DNA of 64,000 bases from Ferruginibacter sp. (GTDB lineage Bacteria > Bacteroidota > Bacteroidia > Chitinophagales > Chitinophagaceae), in NCBI GenBank assembly GCA_040400515.1, contig JBBAQB010000001.1:139131-203130 (forward strand). The letters run 5' to 3'. The position numbers and the translations under genes were made by a program. Shown piece after piece: positions 19,912 to 27,333 of this stretch; positions within the stretch are counted from its first letter, which is position 1; every line of letters starts with the position of its first letter. The notes under the pieces were generated by a model. The model had not been told where the DNA came from. It saw nothing but the letters and a program-made list of their open reading frames with translations, and did no database searches.

Positions 19912-20865
19912 AAGGTTCTCCCAATACTTAATAATATCTCCCAAACTATCTTCAATGCTGTATTCGGGTTTCCAACCCGTTGCATTCATCAATTTTTCAT
20001 AAGAACCAATAATGACTTTATTTTCTGACGGGCGGAAGTTTTTTTCATCCGTTGTGTGAAAAACATGCTCACCGATGATGTTCGAGAAAAGTTCGATCAT
20101 GTCTTTAATGAGGTATCCTTTCCCCGAGCACACATTGTACGTTTGTCCTTTCACACCCTTGTATAAAAGTAAATAATAAGCTCTAACCACATCTCTTACA
20201 TCGCTAAAATCTCTAATTACATTTACATCACCTGTTACCAATTCTATTTTAGATACGCCTGTTTTTGCCTGTTGTACAATTTGTTTTGCAAAAGAGGAAA
20301 TAACGTATTCAGGTTTTTGATAAGGACCAATGTGGTTGAAAGATCTTGTGTGTACAATATCAACCCCGTAGCTCTCAGCATAAATCTTTACCAGTTTTTG
20401 TTGCAATACTCTTGCAACGCCGTATGGGCTTGCAGGTTCAGGACAATCAGTTTCTTTTAACGGCAAACCCGCATTGGCATTTCCATATTCTTCGGTAGAT
20501 CCTACCGATAGAATCCTACACTTAAGTTGAAGGATCCTCACTGTTTCTACAATATTTAAAAAGAAACTCGTATTATCCATTACCGAATCTGCCGGGGCTT
20601 TCCAGCTGTTGGCAACACTGCTTCTGCCTGCAAGGTGCAAAATAAATGCAGGGTTAAAGCTTTCAATAATATCAGCTATTTCTTCTTTGTGTAAAAGGTT
20701 AATTTTAGAAAGTGAAATAGTAAGCCCTTTAAAATCTTCCAGCTTAAATTCAGGATAGGTTTCGTTGTAAATACCCATCACCTCACTGCCGGGCTCCTGC
20801 TCATTTAAATAATGAAGAAAATGTTTTGCAGCAAAACCTGCTATACCTGTAATTAAAATTTTCAT
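19906..20865 (-). CDS. Rmd-like NAD(P)-dependent GDP-4-keto-6-deoxy-D-mannose reductase/epimerase
   Basis: 319-aa extended SDR with ILITGIAGFAAKH, VGSTEEYG and SPYGVARVL. Its stop overlaps the convergent GT2 stop (TTATAA at 19906-19911). Confidence 0.7.
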   Translation of the reverse strand: MKILITGIAGFAAKHFLHYLNEQEPGSEVMGIYNETYPEFKLEDFKGLTISLSKINLLHKEEIADIIESFNPAFILHLAGRSSVANSWKAPADSVMDNTSFFLNIVETVRILQLKCRILSVGSTEEYGNANAGLPLKETDCPEPASPYGVARVLQQKLVKIYAESYGVDIVHTRSFNHIGPYQKPEYVISSFAKQIVQQAKTGVSKIELVTGDVNVIRDFSDVRDVVRAYYLLLYKGVKGQTYNVCSGKGYLIKDMIELFSNIIGEHVFHTTDEKNFRPSENKVIIGSYEKLMNATGWKPEYSIEDSLGDIIKYWENLL

Positions 20866-22010
20866 TTGTGTTGTGTTGTGTTTCCTGCAATAATACCTGC
20901 TGCTTTTGCTGCAATATTACCCCAATAAAAGTGATTAAAAAAGGCAGAAGGAATATCAGCATGAACTTTAGCATTAAAAATACAATTAACAAATGCAGGC
21001 CAGTCAAAGTCTTTTACTACATCAAGTTTGCCACCTGCAACACCTTGCGGTATCCCATATGCGCCACTTTCGCAACTTATGCTTGTAAGGTTATTGGCAA
21101 GTGCTTCTACTAACTTTGTTTTTATGCCACCGCCGGTTATTACAGGATTTAAAAATAAATCAGCCCCTTTAAAAAATATATTTATATCGTTTACAAATCC
21201 TGCGTAAACAATATTATTACCGGAATAGGCTCTTAATTCGTTGTATGATGCAGGTAATCCTTTGCCACAAATAATAATTTTGTAGCTAAAGTTGTGTTCG
21301 TTTAGCAGTAGTGGATTTATATTTTCGATGATATGATTGATGGCTTCAATGTTAGGTTTGTAGTCTAACGTACCATTAAACAGTAAAATTTTCTCATCCT
21401 GCTTTATATGATATTGTCGTCTGATGTCTGATGCTGCATTTTGCTTTTCTTCGTTTGAGGGTGCTTCTTTCCAATCAATGCCGTAAGTAATCACATCACA
21501 TTTCGCAGTGTCTAGACCGTAATTTTTTACTGCAAAATCTAAGTCTTCTCCTGTTACAAAAAAATTATGATCTATTATTTTATGAATATTTTTTTCGTAA
21601 AACCAAAGCATTTTCCACCACCATTTTCCCATACTTTTAAAACGTACGGCTTCAATATTATGCGACAGTAAAGATAATTTTACACCGGTACTTTTCTTTA
21701 GCAGCCATGCAAGCCAACCATAATAGGGATGAACAATTACAAGGTCCGTAATTCTTTTTTGCTTAATTAATTTTTGTATTTTAAAAAAAAGCAAAGGATT
21801 TGCATACCGTAATTTTGAACTGCCCAAAATCCCTTCAAAAGAATTTTTTAAATCGGGAGGGATATCATTATCCGCGACAGAAATAAAAGTTACCGGATAA
21901 ATTTTAGCCAGGTATTCATAAAAACTTGCTATAAATTTTTTACCACCGGTGCGAGCAGGGAATACGTTGTAAGGTGCCAGTAATGCTATGTTGGGTTTTG
22001 TTTGAATTAT
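20862..22010 (-). CDS. Glycosyltransferase family 4/1 (GT-B)
   Basis: The track ORF is 20862..21827 (TTG start). The 61 in-frame codons upstream read IIQTKPNIALLAPYNVFPARTGGKKFIASFYEYLAK.., a typical GT4 N-terminal Rossmann beta1-loop. That extension has no ATG/GTG/TTG, so the start is provisional (ATA 22010 or ATT 22007). Confidence 0.7.
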   Translation of the reverse strand: MIQTKPNIALLAPYNVFPARTGGKKFIASFYEYLAKIYPVTFISVADNDIPPDLKNSFEGILGSSKLRYANPLLFFKIQKLIKQKRITDLVIVHPYYGWLAWLLKKSTGVKLSLLSHNIEAVRFKSMGKWWWKMLWFYEKNIHKIIDHNFFVTGEDLDFAVKNYGLDTAKCDVITYGIDWKEAPSNEEKQNAASDIRRQYHIKQDEKILLFNGTLDYKPNIEAINHIIENINPLLLNEHNFSYKIIICGKGLPASYNELRAYSGNNIVYAGFVNDINIFFKGADLFLNPVITGGGIKTKLVEALANNLTSISCESGAYGIPQGVAGGKLDVVKDFDWPAFVNCIFNAKVHADIPSAFFNHFYWGNIAAKAAGIIAGNTTQHK

Positions 22011-22037
22011 ATTCCGATTAAATAAAAGTGCCTAAAA

Positions 22038-24677
22038 TTAGTTGTCTTTTTCAGTTGTTGCTGTTCCTTTTCTCCACTCCATAAACAATGCCGCGAGTAA
22101 TAAAACAAACAATAACCAGCTTGCGATGGCGCTTATGTTTTTACTTAAAAAGAACAGAGTAGGTTCAAATTTAAATTCAATGCTATGTTTACCTGCCGGC
22201 ACAACCATTGCACGCACTACATAATTTGCTTTAAAGAACGGCACTTTTTTACCATCTAAATAAGCATTCCAGTCTTTGTAATAAATTTCACTAAAAACCG
22301 CAACGTTATTGCTGGTAGAGTTGCTTTCATAACTTATTGCATCATTATCGTATGCCGTCATTTTAATTGAAGAAGAACTATCAGCAGGACTAAAAGCGGT
22401 TACCAATGGTTTAAAAGATTCGTCTGCAACGGCACTGTCTTTTGTATTTAACCCGGTTAAGCTTTTCATTTCTGCAACAGGTCCTTTTACAAATGTCACT
22501 GCTTTTATAAACCAAGCATTGCCTAAAGCTTCGGGGTTTTGAAAAGCCTGTATTTTATCTCCTTCGCCGGTGATAATCCATTTTGCATTGAGCATATTTA
22601 GCACGGCTGGGTTTGGCCTGCCGTTCATTTGGTAGCTACTTAAATCATCGTAGATTCCTAGTTTTGCCGCATGGTAACCTCCAATAGATTTGTGATAGTA
22701 GGAAGTTTTAGCTTCTTCAAATGGGCTGCCCACACTTGTATTAAATACACGATAGTTAGGGTCTTTATCTGCCAGTATTGTTCTGTCGGCATTCGTCATT
22801 GGAAATTCTACAGCATCATAATTATCTTTGTTATCAAAACTTTTCGCATTTAAATAATGTGAGCCCACTGCAAGTAAATCAATGGTTGATGCTAGTGTAA
22901 TACCTGCCAACATAATTGTAGCAGTTAATTTCTTTTTTATATAAAGTGCTATAAGACCTGCAGCTACCAATACAAATAAAAGGGAGCGTAGCAAATCTTT
23001 CAACATCATTGAACCCCTGTCTTTTTTGAGCTCGGTTAAAATCCCTCTGGCTGTCTTTTCAGCATCTGGATTTTGTTGCAATTGAAAAACCCAGTTTTCA
23101 TACACTTGGTTATCTCTTTGCCCTTTGTATTGTTCGTTTAAAGCGCCATATTTATTTTGAAAATCTGCATCCTTGCTTTGCCATAAAGTATTGAAGGCAG
23201 TTGTTCTGTTGCGGTTTTCATTGCCAAAGTCAGATGTTGCGTAAAAAGCAAATCCTACCACAAAAACAGCTGCGGTTGCAATAACACCCAGCTTAAATTT
23301 TTGCCAGGCTTCTTCAGCATTAAAATTTGTTATCAGTTTATTAATGGTAAGCACCGCAATTAGGGGAAACAATATTTGCGGAATGACCAATGCAATTGTA
23401 GGTACACGAAATTTATTGTACAGCGGCAAGTTGTTAAACATAAAGGTATTGAAACCATCGAAGTTGCTGCCAAGCGCCAATAAAATACCAAGTAAACTTG
23501 CGGTAAAAATCCACCACTTGTGTTTGCCATCTAAGTAAAACATTCCAAACAAAAACAGAAAACATATAACCGCACCAAGGTATACAGGGCCATTTGTAAA
23601 AGGCTGGTCTCCCCAATAAAGCGACTGGCTCATCTGCTGTGCAATTTGGTCGGCAGGAGCTTGTGGGAACAATCCTGTCATGTAGTTCACCACATTTGCA
23701 TCATCTTTTAGTTGTGGAAATAAATAACTTTCTCCATCTCTTTGTGCATAATACGAACCGTAGCCCTTTACACCCGGAAACATTAAACTCATCGTTTCGG
23801 CCCTGCCATAACTCCATTGAAAAGCGTATTCTTTGCTAAGCCCGGTTGTTTTTCCATCAACAACTTTGTCGTTGGCTTTATTGGTTTCATCCATTTTTAA
23901 CTGACCGCCACGCTTGCTGTATTTCGCATAATCATAAGTAGGCAAAAGTGTAATGGCATTTACTGCCAAACCCAGCAATCCTGCTGCTACTAATAATCCC
24001 AGGCTTTTTCCCAGGTCTTTTGTATCTTTTATTTTTACTGCTTGAGCTATAAAAAAAATCGTCATTACGGCCATTATTAAAAACACATAATAACTTACCT
24101 GTTGGTGGCCGGAACCCACTTCTAACGCTGTAAAAAGTGCGGTGAGTGCAAAGCCTGCTAAATATTTTTTATTAAAAAGCAAAATGGCTGCACCAATTAA
24201 TGCCGGTGAATATGCAAGCGTGAGCATCTTTGTATCGTGCCCTGCTGTAATTATAATAGGGGAGTAGGTGCAAAATGCAAATGCAATGGCACCAAGGATG
24301 GCTGCGTATGGTCTTACCCGCAGGCACATACATAAAAAGTAAAAACTAATACATGCCAAAAAGAAAAAGTTCATTGGCTTTGGCAACCACAATTGAAAAG
24401 CTTTATCAATTATTCCCAATGGCGACCATGCACCTTCAATGGCAATTTGGTAAGCCGGCATACCGCTAAACATGGTAGAAACCCACAATGGAAAATGCCC
24501 TTTTGCAGCTTTGTATTCCATAGACTGGTGGCTCATTGCCTGCCAGCTACTTATATCAGATTGTTTTAACACAACGCCACTTTCAAGGGCAGGCTTGCAG
24601 AATATGATCGTTACCAATAAAAAAACACCTACTGCTATTGCGTGTGGAATAAGCTTTTTAAAATCAAAGTTTTTCAT
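22038..24677 (-). CDS. YfhO-family polytopic membrane protein (GT-C-like)
   Basis: 879-aa ORF with about 12 N-terminal TM helices, a large extracytoplasmic C-terminal domain and a final TM helix. This is the typical Bacteroidota YfhO architecture. Confidence 0.7.
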   Translation of the reverse strand: MKNFDFKKLIPHAIAVGVFLLVTIIFCKPALESGVVLKQSDISSWQAMSHQSMEYKAAKGHFPLWVSTMFSGMPAYQIAIEGAWSPLGIIDKAFQLWLPKPMNFFFLACISFYFLCMCLRVRPYAAILGAIAFAFCTYSPIIITAGHDTKMLTLAYSPALIGAAILLFNKKYLAGFALTALFTALEVGSGHQQVSYYVFLIMAVMTIFFIAQAVKIKDTKDLGKSLGLLVAAGLLGLAVNAITLLPTYDYAKYSKRGGQLKMDETNKANDKVVDGKTTGLSKEYAFQWSYGRAETMSLMFPGVKGYGSYYAQRDGESYLFPQLKDDANVVNYMTGLFPQAPADQIAQQMSQSLYWGDQPFTNGPVYLGAVICFLFLFGMFYLDGKHKWWIFTASLLGILLALGSNFDGFNTFMFNNLPLYNKFRVPTIALVIPQILFPLIAVLTINKLITNFNAEEAWQKFKLGVIATAAVFVVGFAFYATSDFGNENRNRTTAFNTLWQSKDADFQNKYGALNEQYKGQRDNQVYENWVFQLQQNPDAEKTARGILTELKKDRGSMMLKDLLRSLLFVLVAAGLIALYIKKKLTATIMLAGITLASTIDLLAVGSHYLNAKSFDNKDNYDAVEFPMTNADRTILADKDPNYRVFNTSVGSPFEEAKTSYYHKSIGGYHAAKLGIYDDLSSYQMNGRPNPAVLNMLNAKWIITGEGDKIQAFQNPEALGNAWFIKAVTFVKGPVAEMKSLTGLNTKDSAVADESFKPLVTAFSPADSSSSIKMTAYDNDAISYESNSTSNNVAVFSEIYYKDWNAYLDGKKVPFFKANYVVRAMVVPAGKHSIEFKFEPTLFFLSKNISAIASWLLFVLLLAALFMEWRKGTATTEKDN

Positions 24678-24900
24678 TTAACCATTTTTATGTGTCGCAA
24701 ATTAAGCACAAAAAGCAAGATTTTTATGAATTGATGATGTCGCTGAAAAACAGGGTCACTTATAATGCAAGAAAGAGATTAGTAAATCTTGTTTTGGGGC
24801 TTTGAGCCGCCTGCATTTTTCGGATCCAGTTCGCTACCAGCCTCCTATCTTTTTTAATCAAAGGCAACAAAAAAAGGATATCCGTCTAAGCAGCCCAGCC

Positions 24901-25022
24901 CAATGTCATTTAGTTAAGTGTTGTCAGACTGAGCTTGTCGAAGTTGGTGTCTTCATAAAAACTTTAAAACCCGGTTTCGACAGGCTCAACCTGACAGCTT
25001 ATTTTTTAACTAAATGATATTG
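24901..25022. repeat. 122-nt nested palindromic (REP/MITE-like) element or structured RNA
   Basis: The outer arms (24901-24917 / 25006-25022) match at 16 of 17 positions. The inner arms (24922-24942, TGTCAGACTGAGCTTGTCGAA, and 24976-24996, TTCGACAGGCTCAACCTGACA) match at 18 of 21. The loop is 33 nt, and a T-run lies at 24999-25007. Confidence 0.7.
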
Positions 25023-25118
25023 CAGCGCAGCTATTCAGCATTGGTTCAATTTTTAGCGATTGTGCAACAAAGTTTACATCTTTATCTAAAAACTTTTTGC
25101 GCCCCATTTTTTTTTCTT

Positions 25119-25126
25119 TATTTTTG
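25119..25126 (+). promoter_or_regulatory. -7 box (TAnnTTTG) for tRNA-His
   Basis: TATTTTTG lies 17 nt upstream of the tRNA 5' end. Confidence 0.5.
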
Positions 25127-25142
25127 CTGCCCAATTCAAAAC

Positions 25143-25219
25143 GGTAGTCGTAGCTCAGTTGGTTAGAGCATCAGATTGTGATTCTGAGGGTCGGGGGTTC
25201 GAGCCCCCTCGATTACCCA
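25143..25219 (+). tRNA. tRNA-His (anticodon GTG)
   Basis: Cloverleaf folded by hand. The acceptor GTAGTCG pairs with CGATTAC, with an encoded G-1 opposite C73, which is the His identity element. D-arm is GCTCAGTTGGTTAGAGC, anticodon arm is TCAGA-TTGTGAT-TCTGA, and T-arm is GGGGG-TTCGAGC-CCCCT. Confidence 0.93.
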
Positions 25220-25355
25220 CCGCAAACGTAGGACAGGAAAGGGTTTGAGTGATTTTAGGAAAGTGTTGCTTTTAAAAACGTAGCACTTTCCGTATCACTT
25301 TTAAAGTACAACAATGATCCAACTTAAAAACAATTGCCGACGTGGTGAATTTAAT

Positions 25356-25478
25356 TTATACTAAGTCATCATAAACCTTTACGTTCATCCCAAAGTTATT
25401 TCTATAGTCAATCTTGGCATCGCCTGCATTCTCAACACCTATGCCTACCTGTTGTATACCGGTTATTATTGAAGTCAT
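25356..25478 (-). pseudogene. Possible 40-codon remnant of a VOC/glyoxalase-family gene
   Basis: The short ORF MTSIITGIQQVGIGVENAGDAKIDYRNNFGMNVKVYDDLV* resembles the first beta-alpha-beta of VOC-fold proteins (I.GI..VGIGV.....A...Y...FG). It then stops, and nothing VOC-like follows in any frame. Confidence 0.3.
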
Positions 25479-25504
25479 CTACATAGCTTATTTAAACAAA
25501 ATAT

Positions 25505-26197
25505 TTATCTTATTCCATTTAGCAACTTTTTGTAATGAGCTACTAAATGTGCCTGCGGTATTCCCTTTTTAAATAGTTGAACGGTTTTGTAATTTGCTCT
25601 TTGCACTTTAAACCAAGAATTGTTATCATACTTTCGATCAGAAACGAGCGTCGTCTTTTTAAAGATTTTATAGCTTGCAAATTGCTTGGCTTTCTTTACG
25701 AGATCGTATTCTTCCATGATCAGGCAATTACCGTCAAACCCATTCACGTTTTTAAAAAGGGAGCGGGTTATATAAAGCGTTTGGTCGCCACCGTAACACA
25801 TATACCAATCAAATCTTGTAAAAAATGCATTAAGTTTTAGCAGCCATTTTTTGCTGTCAAATTTCGTACGGTATCTTCCAAATTCGAACCCACTTTGTTG
25901 TGCAGCTATAATATCACTGTAAAATGTTGAAGGAGGAATTGAGTCTGCATGAACGAAATAAAAGATATCATACTTTGCAATAGATGCTCCACTATTCATT
26001 TGCAATGCTCGTCCTTTTTGGTTTGAGGTTGCAACCTCTGTGTTAAAGGATCTAGCAATTGCTACTGAGTTGTCAGTGCTTCCTCCGTCGCAAATTATGA
26101 TCTCTGCGTCGTAACCTGCAATACATTCTTGCATATAAGGAATAAGCTTTTTCATATTGGCTTCTTCATTAAATATGGGGATGATAATACTGATCAT
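25505..26197 (-). CDS. GT2-type transferase, TIGR04283-like (rSAM/selenodomain- or arsenosugar-associated family)
   Basis: 230-aa ORF with ISIIIPIFNEE, IIICDGGSTDNS, KGRALQMNSGA, FVHADS, GGDQTLYI, IMEEYDL and VSDRKY. These fit the conserved blocks of that family as I recall them. Confidence 0.75.
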   Translation of the reverse strand: MISIIIPIFNEEANMKKLIPYMQECIAGYDAEIIICDGGSTDNSVAIARSFNTEVATSNQKGRALQMNSGASIAKYDIFYFVHADSIPPSTFYSDIIAAQQSGFEFGRYRTKFDSKKWLLKLNAFFTRFDWYMCYGGDQTLYITRSLFKNVNGFDGNCLIMEEYDLVKKAKQFASYKIFKKTTLVSDRKYDNNSWFKVQRANYKTVQLFKKGIPQAHLVAHYKKLLNGIR

Positions 26198-26303
26198 ATT
26201 TTTAAATCTGCTTCCGGCGGTATTGATTAAAATTGTTTAATTATTTTTCTGTGTCTGTATCATTGGTTCTACGATGAATAAAACGAAAAAAAACTTTTCC
26301 CTT

Positions 26304-26882
26304 TTAAAAAGTAAATTTAATATCTGCTTCTTCATCTACATCAGTTAAAATTGGTAAAAGTTGCAATGAAAAATCTTGTTGCACAATTAATATTTGTGTT
26401 TGTTTAAAAACTTGATCAGTGCTCCACAAAATACCATCAAAAATATTTTTCAATGGTGCTTGCATACCTAACAAATAATAGCCTCCATCAACAGCGGGGC
26501 CAATAGTTACAGCGTGCATATCTAGATTTTTAAACGCCTCAATCAGTATTTCTGAACTCAATTCGTAGCAATCGCTTCCAATAATGCAAACTTTTTTAAA
26601 CCCTAGCTTCATTACTGTATCAAAGGCATTTTCCATTCGTTCGCCCAAGTCATCGCCCTGTTGTATATTTTTATAATAACCGTCCCATAAATCATTTTCG
26701 TTTACAAAATCTGCGTAAAAAACAAACTTTTTTGCATTAGTATTTTCTACAATGATTTTGGTGTGAGCCAAGAGAAAATTATATGCTGCTAATGCTTTTT
26801 CATTGCCCATTGTTACAGCCAACCTCGTTTTTATCTGTCCTAGAACGGGGTTGCGTACAAATATTATTAATGCTTCATTCAT
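26304..26882 (-). CDS. DUF2064 / TIGR04282-like (CofC-like) transferase
   Basis: 192-aa ORF with ALIIFVRNPVLGQIKTRLA, IIGSDC and VDGGYYLLG, which is the typical DUF2064 nucleotidyltransferase-like pattern. Confidence 0.7.
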   Translation of the reverse strand: MNEALIIFVRNPVLGQIKTRLAVTMGNEKALAAYNFLLAHTKIIVENTNAKKFVFYADFVNENDLWDGYYKNIQQGDDLGERMENAFDTVMKLGFKKVCIIGSDCYELSSEILIEAFKNLDMHAVTIGPAVDGGYYLLGMQAPLKNIFDGILWSTDQVFKQTQILIVQQDFSLQLLPILTDVDEEADIKFTF

Positions 26883-27333
26883 ATTTTAAAAAATAGCTTA
26901 TGCGCCAGGGTGTTTACCCTGATGCTGATTTTTTTATTAGAGTCAATAGCTGGCGAAACCCGGAAGCAACTGTAACTGGAGTTAAATGCTCGCTTCTTTT
27001 ATGTTCGTTCGCCTCAAGTTTAATTACCGGATATATTTTATGGTTGCTACACAACTTTCCAAACAATTTTATATTACTAAAGTTGCCGAAAAAATGGCAT
27101 TGTAAATTAATTAATAATTTATTTATTATTTTGCCCGCAATTCTTTGGGCAAATGAATTCGTCTGCTTCGGTATTAGATGTTTTGCATAATTAGGAAATG
27201 TAGTTTGTTTACACAACTGTTGTTTCTATAACAAAATATAGCATTCACCATGATTGAAAAATTTTCCTCATGGTTTTTAAGGAACGTTCATTTCAGTTGC
27301 CCGTATTTACGTACATTCAATAAAAAGGTTCTT

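Noticed and set aside
24802-25017. 71-aa track ORF in the yfhO/tRNA-His gap
   Set aside because: It is read straight through both arms of the palindromic element (..CQTELVEV.. / ..FDRLNLT..). It starts at a non-ATG codon and has no motifs, so it is an artefact of the repeat.
25143-25504. tRNA-His as the attachment site of an integrated element
   Set aside because: There is no integrase nearby, no duplicated copy of the tRNA 3' end within the window, and the flanking genes are ordinary metabolic genes. Only the short gene remnant is reported, as a low-confidence finding.
26883-27333. Purine or other riboswitch upstream of the PNP gene
   Set aside because: I looked for the purine-riboswitch core (conserved U-rich junctions and paired loops such as ..GGAUAUGG.. 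/ ..CCGUAAA..) and found nothing convincing. Only weak local hairpins are present. An Infernal scan would be needed to be sure.
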